Positions 8,530 through 18,444 are shown, numbered from the stretch's first letter. The stretch: 64,000 nucleotides of DNA from Acidobacteriota bacterium (GCA_963666215.2 CAXWPL010000002.1:128001-192000), one strand, 5' to 3'. Notes: a model not told the origin generated them from the sequence alone. Numbers and translations are program-made.

Positions 8530-8927
8530 CTCCGCACTCGCCGCGAACGTTCTGCGGCGAGCGCTTCGTCGCGGTCCATCTGGACGATCTGGTCTTCTTC
8601 GGCCGTCCCGTAGGCCTCGCGAATCCGGACCACGAGCGCCAGACCGACGGCGGTCGTCGCCACGCCGACGACGATCGCGGTCAACATCAGGACGTGGGGG
8701 AGCGGGTTGCTGAAGTAGGCAAAGCCCTCGGCCCCGGGGCCCAGGATCGGCGGCGTCCCTCCGATGATCTTGCCCAGTGCGACGTAGAACATGATCACCG
8801 AGACCTGGAAGATGTTGAGGCCCATGAGCTTCTTGACCAGGTTGTCGCGGCTGATGACGGCGTACAGCCCGATCATCATCAGCGCGATGCTGAGCCAGTA
8901 CACCCAGTGGCCAGCAAAGCTGCTCAT
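8526..8927 (-). CDS. mrpC: Mrp antiporter subunit C
   Basis: NLVKKLMGL, NPLPHVLMLTAIVVG. Confidence 0.92.
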   Translation of the reverse strand: MSSFAGHWVYWLSIALMMIGLYAVISRDNLVKKLMGLNIFQVSVIMFYVALGKIIGGTPPILGPGAEGFAYFSNPLPHVLMLTAIVVGVATTAVGLALVVRIREAYGTAEEDQIVQMDRDEALAAERSRRVRR

Positions 8928-9367
8928 CGGGCCCTCGCCGAGAAGTAGTAGAACGCGGCCGTCATCGCGGACGCCACGGTCAGGCCGACGCCGAGCTCGA
9001 CGAGCAAGATGCCGAGGTGCTGGCCGTGCATCGGCTCGTGGGCGCTGAGCACGTTGTAGTCGAGGAAATTCCCGCCGAGCAGGAGGCAGACCACCCCAAC
9101 ACCGCCGTAGATTACGACCCCCAGCGCCGCCCCGCGCTCGACCATGATCGGCGGGATCAGTCGCTGGATCGCGTCGAGCCCGAAGATGATCCCGTACAGC
9201 ACGAAGCCAGCAGCGAAGATCACCCCGGCCTGGAACCCGCCGCCGGGCCCGAAGTCGCCGTGAAACTGCACGTATAGCGCGAACAGGAGGATGTACGGGA
9301 TCAGGCCCTTCGACGTCACCCGCAGGATCGCGTTCTCGCGCATCCGCATCGGATTGTCGTGGCTCAC
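8924..9367 (-). CDS. mrpB: Mrp antiporter subunit B (MnhB domain)
   Basis: HGDFGPGGGFQAG. Confidence 0.9.
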   Translation of the reverse strand: MSHDNPMRMRENAILRVTSKGLIPYILLFALYVQFHGDFGPGGGFQAGVIFAAGFVLYGIIFGLDAIQRLIPPIMVERGAALGVVIYGGVGVVCLLLGGNFLDYNVLSAHEPMHGQHLGILLVELGVGLTVASAMTAAFYYFSARAR

Positions 9368-9942
9368 TCTTCCCCCTCCTCCGAGCGAGGTCCGGTGGAC
9401 GCGTCGTCCTCGTCGTCCTCTTCGCGGCTACGGCGACCCCCGAGGAGCAGCATGACCCCGATCGCGGCGGTGAAGATGACCGTCGTCTCGCCGAACGTGT
9501 CGTAGCCGCGGTAACTCGCCAGGACGGCGGTCACGACATTCGGGATCCCAACCTTGTGTTCGGTTCCCTCGATGTACTCCTTCGTGATGTCGTTGTTGAC
9601 GGGCGCGTTCGGGTCTCCGTAGGCCGGCATGTCTGCCGTGCCATACAGCAGGGCGGCGCCAGTCAGCCCCACGACCAGAAACGGCATGACACGCCACGGC
9701 TGCTGGTTCTCACGTCTATCGGTAAGCGCGAGGGTGCCGAGGAACAGGATCGTCGAGATCCCGGCACCCACGGAGGCCTCCGTGAACGCAACATCGACAG
9801 CGTCCATCAGTGTGAACAGTCCGGCGCTGACGAGGCTGAAAATCCCGGTGAGCATCGCCGCCGCGAAGAGATCGCGCATGCGCACGATCGCCACGGCGGT
9901 GGCGACGAGCAAGAGGAACAGGAGGAGTTCGAACGAGACCAT
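9364..9942 (-). CDS. Mrp subunit, DUF4040/MrpA C-terminal part
   Basis: AVDVAFTEASVGAG and NVVTAVLASYRGYDTFGE. Confidence 0.88.
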   Translation of the reverse strand: MVSFELLLFLLLVATAVAIVRMRDLFAAAMLTGIFSLVSAGLFTLMDAVDVAFTEASVGAGISTILFLGTLALTDRRENQQPWRVMPFLVVGLTGAALLYGTADMPAYGDPNAPVNNDITKEYIEGTEHKVGIPNVVTAVLASYRGYDTFGETTVIFTAAIGVMLLLGGRRSREEDDEDDASTGPRSEEGEE

Positions 9943-10277
9943 CAGTTGTCGCCCTCCTCGTCGTCCACGATCGGCGTGGCGACAACCGGCCAGCGAACGC
10001 CTGTCGCTGCGGCCGCTTTCACGAGCGCATGGCTCGATGTCGGGCTGGTCACGAACAGGAACGCACCGATCAGCACCAGCTTCACGCTGACCAGATTGGG
10101 GCCCGCCTGCAGCATCAAGCCGAGGAGAACCATCGTCGCGCCGAGCGTGTCAGTGAGCGAGGCGGCGTGCATGCGGGTGTAGAAATCGGGAAAGCGCAGC
10201 GTTCCGACGCCTCCCACGATGCAGAACAGGCTGCCGCCCATCAGCAGCGCCCACGATGCGAAATCGAGAGCGCTCAT
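9942..10277 (-). CDS. mrpG: Mrp antiporter subunit G
   Basis: RFPDFYTRMHAAS, TSPTSSHAL. Confidence 0.92.
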   Translation of the reverse strand: MSALDFASWALLMGGSLFCIVGGVGTLRFPDFYTRMHAASLTDTLGATMVLLGLMLQAGPNLVSVKLVLIGAFLFVTSPTSSHALVKAAAATGVRWPVVATPIVDDEEGDN

Positions 10278-10555
10278 CGCCTCCCCCTTCCGTCATCGTC
10301 GGCGAGGTTGCCGAATCGGGCGAACTTGGCGACCGCGATCGTCCCAATGAAGTTCACCAGCACGTAGACCAGCGCGAGATCGAGCCACTCCGGTCGTTTC
10401 ATGAAGAAGCCACCCACCGCGATCAAGAGCACAGTCTGGGTCCCGAACATGTTCACGGCGAGGATCCGATCGACGACGCTCGGGCCGAGCGCCGCCCGGA
10501 TGAGGGCCAGCACCATGGTCACCACCACGCCCACCATGGCCGCCGCAAACATCAT
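10274..10555 (-). CDS. mrpF: Mrp antiporter subunit F
   Basis: GPSVVDRILA, LDLALVY, NFIGTIA. Confidence 0.92.
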   Translation of the reverse strand: MMFAAAMVGVVVTMVLALIRAALGPSVVDRILAVNMFGTQTVLLIAVGGFFMKRPEWLDLALVYVLVNFIGTIAVAKFARFGNLADDDGRGRR

Positions 10556-11028
10556 GGTTCTAGCTCCAGCGCTGTGAGGTGTCGGTTCATGTCACCGCTG
10601 GCGAGCCCGTCCGCGCTTTCTCTGGTGAGCGCGTGCACGAGGAGCTTTCCGTCGCGGATATCCAGGGTGATCGTGCCGGGCGTCAGCGTGATCGAGTTCG
10701 CGTAGATGACCTGGGCGAGCTCGGTACGCTGACTGGCGTCGATCGCCATCAGGCGGGGCTGGATCGGCATGTCGGGGTCGAGGATCACGCGGGCGACATG
10801 CAGGTTCGACTTCGCGATCTCTTTCAACAGCCAGACGACATAGGACGCCAGCCTCAGCGGGTGAAGCCGAAACTCGGACGGCTGCTTGTCGATGGCGTCC
10901 ATCCGCCGTGCGAGCCAGGTGACCAGAAGAACGGATGCGGCGCCAAAGCCGAGAATCAAGGGCTCGGAGTGCCCTGACCACAGGAGCCAGATGCCCGCGA
11001 GCAAAACCATTCTCACGACACTGCGCAT
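10552..11028 (-). CDS. mrpE: Mrp antiporter subunit E
   Basis: ANSITLTPGT; start MRSVV at 11028 with a GGAG RBS. Confidence 0.92.
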   Translation of the reverse strand: MRSVVRMVLLAGIWLLWSGHSEPLILGFGAASVLLVTWLARRMDAIDKQPSEFRLHPLRLASYVVWLLKEIAKSNLHVARVILDPDMPIQPRLMAIDASQRTELAQVIYANSITLTPGTITLDIRDGKLLVHALTRESADGLASGDMNRHLTALELEP

Positions 11029-11105
11029 CGTTTCTCCGACGTCGGGCCAACGATTCTGCCAGGCAAACCGCCAGATCCCCTTGGTCTGCAAGAACTTGCG
11101 AGTAG

Positions 11106-11189
11106 TGCCCAAGAGAGGACTTGAACCTCCACGGGCCGAAGCCCACTAGGTCCTGAACCTAGCGCGTCTGCCAATTCCGCCACTTGGGC
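11106..11189 (-). tRNA. tRNA-Leu(CAG)
   Basis: GCCCAAGTGGCGGAATTGGCAGACGCGCTAGGTTCAGGACCTAG...GGTTCAAGTCCTCTCTTGGGCA; long variable arm; followed by CTA, so CCA is not encoded. Confidence 0.95.
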
Positions 11190-11203
11190 CCAAAGCGGCG
11201 CTC

Positions 11204-11212
11204 ATTATAACA
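11204..11212 (-). promoter_or_regulatory. Extended -10 promoter of tRNA-Leu (TGtTATAAT)
   Basis: Perfect TGnTATAAT 14 nt upstream of the tRNA. Confidence 0.7.
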
Positions 11213-11255
11213 AGGTGGGGTAGCGCGGAAGCGTCGGATTTCTGTGCGAGCTCCA

Positions 11256-13148
11256 TCAGGAACCACGCAGTGGTCGGGCCGGTTGGACGCTGGGCTCGAC
11301 GAGCAGTCCGAGTGGTCGCTTGTCGGTGCTGATCTCGGCTGCCTGGCCTGGTTCGACGGAGTCGAACATCGGCATGCCGCCGGTCTCGGAGTACACGCTG
11401 AAGCGATACAGGAACATGTCCTTGTAGAGGTGGGCACGGCCTGCCGGCAGGACGATCTCGATGCGCTCGTCGGGCTCGAGGGCCCGATCGAACACGTGGC
11501 CTCCCATTCGCACGATCGCGCGATTGGGTCGGCCGCGATTGCGCAGCCGCAGGGTGATCGTGTCGATAGGCTCGCGCGTCCGCAGAATGACTTCGGCCTC
11601 GTGCGCGGCGCCCAGCCAGAAGCCGGTCGCGTCGGGCCGTTCTTTGCGGTACGTCTCGTCGTCGATGAAGTAGGCGTCGAACGTGGCGGGACTGTCAAAC
11701 TCCACCAGGCGCGAGCGCGCGTGGACGTTGAACGGCAGGTCGTGGAGCATCGTCAGCTCCACCGGCAGCAGGGTGTACGGCAGTCGCTTGGTGTGGAACG
11801 ACGGGTTGAACGACGAGAAGAAGGGCGACATCACGATCTGCGCGACGAAGGTCGACCAGACAATCCCGATCGCCAGAGCCGGGCCGAGGCTGGCTGTCGC
11901 CGGAAGCAGAAAGAACGCCGCGGGATAGGCATTGACGAAGTAGCGGCTGCCCACCGTACCGCCGCCACCGATCCAGTTGGTTTTGACAACGATGACGATT
12001 GCCACCACTTCGAGCAGGAAGCCGGCGGCCAGGAAAGCGTGCGGACTCCACATTCGCTCGCGGCCGCGAGAGGAGACGAGGAACAACAGCAGCGCCAGGA
12101 CCGCTGGAAACATGTAGGGAATCATGCCTCCGTTGCGGCCGATCCAGATGTAGATCAGGTCGCGCGCCAGGTTCCCGGCCTCGGGAATCCGCTCGGCGTA
12201 GTCCGACAGGTTGGTGACCATCGAGATGCCGACGTCCTCGAACCCGATATCGGGCGTTTGCAGCGGGTACCCGGTCCCCGAATGGAACGTCTTGCGATCG
12301 CCGCCCATGTAGTTCCAGTCGCCGATCGCCAGCCAGGTGGCGCCGAACAGTGCGGCGATGATCATGGTGGCCGTGAGCCCGAGCGCGAAGCCGCGAAGCC
12401 AGCGGCCGCGGTAGGCCTGCCACGCCAGCAGCGGCAGCAGCAGGATCGCGTTCGGTGGCTTGGAGTAGATCGCCAGGCCGTAGAGCATCGCGGCGAGGAA
12501 ATCGGTCGACGGCGCTCGTAGCCAGGCGGGGCCCGCTCCCACGGTCGTCGCGGTGGGGCCGTGCCAAGCCGGCGGCCGCTCTTTGTAGAGCCAGAAGAAG
12601 GTCGCCAGGAACACCAGGCTCAGGTTGAACCACTCCGGCGTCAGCCAAAAAAAGTACAGGGCGGCAACCGACCCGAGCACATAAAGCACGGTGTACAGTG
12701 CAGCGAGCCCCGCCGCCGCAACACGCAACAGGTACAGATAGCCCGCGGCGAACATCGCCGCCAGCAGAAGGGCATGCAGAACAAAGAACCCGTTGTCTCC
12801 CAGCAGGCGGACGAACGGCGCCGCGACGAGCGCGTAAACAAAAGCCTTGGCGAAGTAGATGCGCCCGTTCTCGGGGTTGCGGACCAAGAACACACCGGCC
12901 GGGCCTGAGGCGTATCCGGCCGCGTAGATGCGCTCCAGGTCGTGGCGCTCGTAGGTGATATCGCCGTCGAACGCGAGGCTGTAGGCCATCGCTGCATAGG
13001 TCGATTCGTCGCTCCAGAACGTGCCCTTGTTCTTGCTCTCGGGGACGCGCATGGTGAGCGCGGTGCCGAGGGCGCCGAGTGCGATCAAGGTCAAACAGAT
13101 CGCCGGAAGGCGCGCGACTGAGAGCGTTCTCACGGGTGGGGTCGACAT
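11256..13148 (-). CDS. Polytopic membrane protein, GT-C (ArnT/PMT-like) glycosyltransferase candidate
   Basis: N-terminal TM followed by FWSDESTY (DE motif); about 12 TM segments; KPPN; GSRY; soluble C-terminal domain. Start assumed at ATG 13148. Confidence 0.65.
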   Translation of the reverse strand: MSTPPVRTLSVARLPAICLTLIALGALGTALTMRVPESKNKGTFWSDESTYAAMAYSLAFDGDITYERHDLERIYAAGYASGPAGVFLVRNPENGRIYFAKAFVYALVAAPFVRLLGDNGFFVLHALLLAAMFAAGYLYLLRVAAAGLAALYTVLYVLGSVAALYFFWLTPEWFNLSLVFLATFFWLYKERPPAWHGPTATTVGAGPAWLRAPSTDFLAAMLYGLAIYSKPPNAILLLPLLAWQAYRGRWLRGFALGLTATMIIAALFGATWLAIGDWNYMGGDRKTFHSGTGYPLQTPDIGFEDVGISMVTNLSDYAERIPEAGNLARDLIYIWIGRNGGMIPYMFPAVLALLLFLVSSRGRERMWSPHAFLAAGFLLEVVAIVIVVKTNWIGGGGTVGSRYFVNAYPAAFFLLPATASLGPALAIGIVWSTFVAQIVMSPFFSSFNPSFHTKRLPYTLLPVELTMLHDLPFNVHARSRLVEFDSPATFDAYFIDDETYRKERPDATGFWLGAAHEAEVILRTREPIDTITLRLRNRGRPNRAIVRMGGHVFDRALEPDERIEIVLPAGRAHLYKDMFLYRFSVYSETGGMPMFDSVEPGQAAEISTDKRPLGLLVEPSVQPARPLRGS

Positions 13149-13437
13149 GGACGGCAAGCCTACAACGCCGCCGCCTGCCGCAGCAGCAAACCGTTAGCTT
13201 GTCGACCCGGTGGGTGTTACCGTTAATCCGGTCGCCGCAAGCAAGCGGCTGAAGACCAGCCGGATCGACGGATCAGGCCGCGTGCCCCGCCCTATTCGCC
13301 GGGAGCCGCCGCCCCCCGTAGGGCACAGCCCCTCCGGCACACGCGCAGGCCGCGCGGTTCGCAAGCGCGCCCCTACCACGGGCACTACTCGAACCCGCCC
13401 CACCTGCGCATCCGTTCACGCGAGCAGTGAGATCTAC

Positions 13438-16400
13438 ATGGCAAGCGAAGTTACCCCCCCCGAAGCAAACACCGAACCCACCGCCGACGCTCCAGTCGAT
13501 GCGACACCAACGCCGTCCGAATCGACGGCCGCCGCGGAATCCACCGCGGCCGTAGAAGTAGAACCCGTGGGCGCAGAGGAAACTCCTGCCGCCGCGGAAG
13601 CGACCGACACGGGCGAACCCACCGCCGCCGGTGAACCCTCCAACGCCACAGCGGCGGTCACCGAAGAGCTCGCGGCCGCCGTTGAAGAAGCCGCCGTCGT
13701 TGAGGAAGTCGTGGCCGCCGTTGAAGAACCCGCGACCGTTGTTGCCGAAGCCGCAGTCGTCGTAGAGGAACCCCCGTCGGCCGCGGAGCCCGTTGCCGAC
13801 AAGCCGCTCGATGCCAACAGCGTGCTCGCGTTCATGCGCGGTCCTGCTGGCCGCCCGGTCGATGCCACCGCGCTGGCGCGCGAGCTCGATCTGGCCGATA
13901 GCCAGGGTCCGGCGCTCGATCGATTGCTCGCGAAGCTCACCAAGAAGGGCCGGTTGATCAAGACTCGGGAAAACCGCTACGGTCTCCCCGAGAAGATGAA
14001 TCTTGTTGTTGGCACGCTGAGCGCGCACGCCGATGGCTACGGCTTCGTGGCGCACGACGGTGAGGGTCGCGACCTGTTCGTCACCGGGCGCAAGCTCTCG
14101 GGTGCGATGCACGGCGACCGCGTGGTTGCTCGCATCGAGCACCTGCGGCGCAGCGGCAAGGCAGAAGGCCGCGTCATCCGAGTTCTAGAGCGCGGCCGAC
14201 AGACTCTCGTGGGTCGACTGACGAGGGGCAAGAACTTGACCTATGTGGCGCCGCTCGACGCGCGCCTCGGCGACCACGTGATGATCTCCGACGAGGGGAT
14301 CGACGAGTCGCACTTCGGTCACCTCGTGCTCGCCGAGATCACCGAGTATCCGCGCGGCATGCGCGGCCCGATGGGGCGCATCGTGGAGCACCTCGGCGAC
14401 CCGGCCGATCCCAAGCTCGACGTCGAGGTGATCATTCGCGAGTTCGAGCTGCCGCACGAGTTTCCGGCGGCGGTTATTGCCGAAGCCGAAGCGGTGGCCA
14501 CCGAGGTCAGCGAGGCGGAGCTCGAAGGTCGCGAGGACTACCGCGAGCTGCCGATCGTCACCATCGACGGCATCAATGCCAAGGACTTCGACGACGCGGT
14601 CTACGTCGAGATTCTGCCGAGTGGTCACTACCGGCTGCACGTGCATATCGCTGACGTGGCGCACTACGTGCCGGTGGGCTCGGCAATCGATCGGGAGGCC
14701 GAGCTGCGCACCACTTCGGTCTACTTCCCCGACCGGGTCCTGCCGATGCTGCCCGAGTCGCTGTCGAACGAGGTTTGCTCGCTCAAGCCCGGAGTGGATC
14801 GCCTTGTGCAATCGGCGTTGATCGACATCGACCGCGAGGGACGCACGGTCAACTTCGAGTTCCACGACGGGGTGATCCGCTCGGCGGAGCGTATGACCTA
14901 CGCCGATGTCGCCGCGCTCCTCACCGAGAGCGATGGCACCAAGGAGGAACGCTCGGAGCTCAGCGAGCGCTATGCCGACCACACGCCGCAGTTCAGACGG
15001 ATGCGCGAGCTCGCGACGATTCTGATGGAGGCGCGTCGGCGGCGCGGCAGCATCGATTTCGATCTGCCCGAGCCTGAGCTGGTGATCAACCTCCGCGGTG
15101 ATGTCGAGGACATCGTGCGCTCCGAGCGCAACGTCGCGCATCGGATTATCGAGGAGTTCATGATCCGCGCCAACGAGGTGGTGGCGAGCCATTTCGTTTG
15201 GGAGAGCGCCTCGACCTTGCTGCGCGTCCACGAGGGCCCCGATCCGGAACGGGTGGCGAGCTTCCGAGAGTTCATCTCGGGCCTCGGTCACTCGCTTGAA
15301 GGCGGCCAGCGTCCGACCCCGCAGCACTTCTCTCGCTTGCTCGGGCGGCTCGCTGGTCGGCCCGAGGAGCGCGTGGTCTCGATGCTGATGCTGCGAACCA
15401 TGAAGCAGGCACGCTACGAGGCCCACACCGCGTCCGCCGCAGGCAAGGGCGACGGCGGTGGCCACTTCGGCTTGGCGTCGCCGCGCTACGGACACTTCAC
15501 GTCGCCGATCCGCAGATATCCCGATCTGATCGTGCACAGGTTGTTGAAGGCCGATCGCGACAGCAGTCATGTACCGGACTTCGACGCGGCGGGCCTTGTT
15601 GCCCGTCTCGAGACCATTGCGCTGCGGAGCTCGCAGGTGGAGCGTCGTGCCGAGAAGGCCGAGCGGGAATACTGCGGCTGGAAAAAAGTGAAGTTCATGG
15701 CCGACAAGGTCGGCTCCGAGTACATCGGCTACATCACCGGCGTCCAGTCGTTTGGTTTCTTCGTCGAGCTCGAGGAGGTTTTTGTCGAGGGTCTCGTACC
15801 CGTGTCGACGCTCGAGGACGACTACTACCGCTTCGACGAGCCCAATCACGAGCTCCGCGGCGAGCACACGCGCCGGCGCTTCCGGCTGGGTGATCGCGTT
15901 CGGATTAACGTCGCGAAGGTCGACGAGGAGCGCCGACGTGTCGACTTCGGGCTCGTAGAGGGTCCGCTGGCCGTCGATCGGCCTGCCGCGGTCAGCGAGG
16001 ACGCACCGTCGACTTCGGCGGGGCGCGGACGTCGCGGACGTCGTGGACGTCGCGGTGGCCGAGGCGGCCAAAAGCGTGGCCAGCGCCCAACCGATGCCGC
16101 GGACAAGAATGCGCCCGCGATCGCCGCAAGCGCAGCGAGCCCGGCCGCAGAGGGCGGCGCCGAGCAGAGCTCCGGGGCAGAGCAAACGACCGGCTCCAGG
16201 AGCTCGCGCGGTTCGCGGAGTCGTGGCGGACGGCGTCGGCGCGGCCGCGGTTCCTCCTCTTCCTCGCCCTCGGCGCCGGCTGCGTCGTCGAGCGCCGGGG
16301 AGTCCGGCGAACAGGCTTCCGCCGCCGGTGGGCGGAAGAGACCAGAGCCGTCGACCGAAGAATCGTCGAGCGCACGGTCTCGATCCGGCAGGGGTGGACG

Positions 16401-16767
16401 TGGCGGGCGTGAACCGTCGCGAAGCAGAGGTCGCGGCCGCTCAGGTGGCCAGGCCGAGGCCGATCGTTCGAAGGCGACGGGCGCCGACGGTAGCAGCGCC
16501 AGGGGACGCGACAGCGGCGGTTCGGCGGCAAGCTCTGGTAGTCGTGGTCGAGGTGGCTCTGCTCGCTCGGGCCGGTCGTCAGGATCGAGCCGACCGGGCG
16601 CATCGGGCGGCGCGTCTGGAGCGGGCGCGGCGCCGGCCCCGACGGCGTCTGGCAGTTCTCGCGCTGATGGCGCCGACAAGCGTGAAGTGGCCAAGAAGGG
16701 CGCGTCTGAAGCGGCCAAGCCGAAGACGCGCAAGGTCAACCCTTACCTGACCGACATCGATCCCTAG
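13438..16767 (+). CDS. rnr: Ribonuclease R with long N- and C-terminal low-complexity extensions
   Basis: HADGYGFV cold-shock domain; TIDGINAKDFDDAV; HFTSPIRRYPDL; S1 domain. Start probably ATG 13438. Confidence 0.93.
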   Translation: MASEVTPPEANTEPTADAPVDATPTPSESTAAAESTAAVEVEPVGAEETPAAAEATDTGEPTAAGEPSNATAAVTEELAAAVEEAAVVEEVVAAVEEPATVVAEAAVVVEEPPSAAEPVADKPLDANSVLAFMRGPAGRPVDATALARELDLADSQGPALDRLLAKLTKKGRLIKTRENRYGLPEKMNLVVGTLSAHADGYGFVAHDGEGRDLFVTGRKLSGAMHGDRVVARIEHLRRSGKAEGRVIRVLERGRQTLVGRLTRGKNLTYVAPLDARLGDHVMISDEGIDESHFGHLVLAEITEYPRGMRGPMGRIVEHLGDPADPKLDVEVIIREFELPHEFPAAVIAEAEAVATEVSEAELEGREDYRELPIVTIDGINAKDFDDAVYVEILPSGHYRLHVHIADVAHYVPVGSAIDREAELRTTSVYFPDRVLPMLPESLSNEVCSLKPGVDRLVQSALIDIDREGRTVNFEFHDGVIRSAERMTYADVAALLTESDGTKEERSELSERYADHTPQFRRMRELATILMEARRRRGSIDFDLPEPELVINLRGDVEDIVRSERNVAHRIIEEFMIRANEVVASHFVWESASTLLRVHEGPDPERVASFREFISGLGHSLEGGQRPTPQHFSRLLGRLAGRPEERVVSMLMLRTMKQARYEAHTASAAGKGDGGGHFGLASPRYGHFTSPIRRYPDLIVHRLLKADRDSSHVPDFDAAGLVARLETIALRSSQVERRAEKAEREYCGWKKVKFMADKVGSEYIGYITGVQSFGFFVELEEVFVEGLVPVSTLEDDYYRFDEPNHELRGEHTRRRFRLGDRVRINVAKVDEERRRVDFGLVEGPLAVDRPAAVSEDAPSTSAGRGRRGRRGRRGGRGGQKRGQRPTDAADKNAPAIAASAASPAAEGGAEQSSGAEQTTGSRSSRGSRSRGGRRRRGRGSSSSSPSAPAASSSAGESGEQASAAGGRKRPEPSTEESSSARSRSGRGGRGGREPSRSRGRGRSGGQAEADRSKATGADGSSARGRDSGGSAASSGSRGRGGSARSGRSSGSSRPGASGGASGAGAAPAPTASGSSRADGADKREVAKKGASEAAKPKTRKVNPYLTDIDP

Positions 16768-16923
16768 CACGGAGTCGGAGCTCGATCCCGGGCTGCAGGG
16801 CGCCGGGCGGGCCGTGCGACGAGTCGACCTGCCGGGTTGGCCCGACGGATCTGGCTGGCAAGCGTTGCACGAGTCGGCTCGAGGCCTCCGAGCGTGGGCC
16901 GGCATCGTCGATACAATGGCGCG

Positions 16924-18440
16924 ATGACAGGCACGGGCGGGGGGGCGGAGTTCGAGACGGTTATCGGCCTCGAGATCCACGTGCAGCTGGCCACCCGGTC
17001 GAAGCTCTTTTGCGGCTGCTCGACTCGTTTCGGGGCGCCGGCCAACACCCAGACCTGTCCCGTTTGCCTGGGCCTTCCTGGCGCGCTGCCGGTGCTGAAC
17101 CGGCGCTCCTGGCAACTGGCGCTGAGCGTGGGGTTGGCGCTCGGTTGTCGCATCAATCGTCGATCGCGCTTCGCTCGCAAGAACTATTTCTACCCCGACT
17201 TGCCGAAGGGCTATCAGATCTCGCAGTTCGACCAACCGCTCGCCGAGGACGGTCGTTTTGACTACTTGCTGGGATCTGAGCGCCGCAGCGTGGGCATTGT
17301 GCGGCTGCACCTCGAGGAAGACGCAGGCAAGTCGACGCACAGCTCTGGTGCGACCCCAGGAGCCCCCCCGCGGACCCTGATCGATCTCAACCGTTGCGGC
17401 ACGCCTCTGATCGAGACGGTTACCGCGCCGGAGCTGAGCTCGCCCGAGGAAGCAGATGCGTTTCTCAACGCTCTGCGCTCCACCTTGCTCTACCTGGGTG
17501 TGACCGATGCCAACATGGAGGAGGGGAGCCTGCGCTGCGACGCCAATATCTCTGTCCGTCGGCGCGGCCAGGTAGAGCTCAATCCCAAGACCGAGCTCAA
17601 GAACCTGAATTCGTTCCGTTTCGTGCGTCGCGCGCTGCGCTACGAACGCGCCCGGCAAGAGGCTCTGCTGCGGCAGGGCCAACCGTCGAAGCAGGGGACG
17701 CGACTCTGGGATGAGCGCGCCAATCGCTCCGTGCCGATGCGCAGCAAAGAAGAGGCGCACGACTACCGCTATTTTCCCGAGCCCGATCTGGTACCGATCG
17801 AGGTCTCCGATCCCGACCTGGCAGCAGCGCGGCAGGCGCTTCCGGAGCTCCCCGTTGCCCGACTCGAGCGTTTTGTCGTCCAGTACAAGTTGCCGGTCGG
17901 CGAGGCGGCAGTGCTGGTGGAGGAGCGTCGGCGAGCCGACTATTTCGAGGAACTGATTACCGCCGGCACCCCGCCGGGTCCGGCGAGCAACTGGGTGCGA
18001 GGGCCCTTGCTGCGGGCGCTCAACGAGCGTGGCAGCGCCGCCGATGCCAGCGGCGATACCATGCCAGTACCGGCGGGCCAGCTCGCCGAGCTCCTCCAAC
18101 ACGTCGATACCGGGGCGATCTCACACGCCGTCGCCAAGAAGGTCTTTGCTCGAATGATCGAGACGGGGCTTGCCGCAGCAGCGATCATCGCCGAGAGCGA
18201 ACTGGTGCAGATCAGCGACACCGCCGAGCTCGAACGAATCGTCGACGAGACGCTGGCGGCGAGTCCGGATGAAGTGGCGGCGTTCCGCGCCGGTCGCACG
18301 CAGGTCGTGGGCTATCTGATGGGGCAGGTGATGCGCGCCTCGGGCGGTGCCGCCAATCCGCAGCGTGTGCAGGAGGTACTGCACGAACGCCTTCGACTGC
18401 GACAGTCCGTCGACACGGTCCGAGCGCTGGATGAGTCGTC

Positions 18441-18444
<4 letters not shown>
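16924..18444 (+). CDS. gatB: Asp/Glu-tRNA amidotransferase subunit B
   Basis: VIGLEIHVQL, RKNYFYPDLPKGYQISQ, HLEEDAGK, YRYFPEPDL. Confidence 0.95.

Noticed and set aside
5678-8613. Long + strand ORFs (513 aa each) opposite the mrp genes, and similar ORFs opposite rnr, murC and murE
   Set aside because: Shadow ORFs expected from high-GC3 codon usage; no motifs.
11050-11075. Possible sigma54 promoter upstream of mrpE
   Set aside because: The TGGC...TTGC spacing does not fit the -24/-12 consensus.
13210-13437. N-terminal extension of RNase R from GTG 13210
   Set aside because: Non-protein-like and overlaps a probable promoter/leader; ATG 13438 preferred.
16027-16053. 9-bp tandem repeat GGACGTCGY x3
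   Set aside because: Encodes GRR repeats within the RNase R tail; not a separate element.
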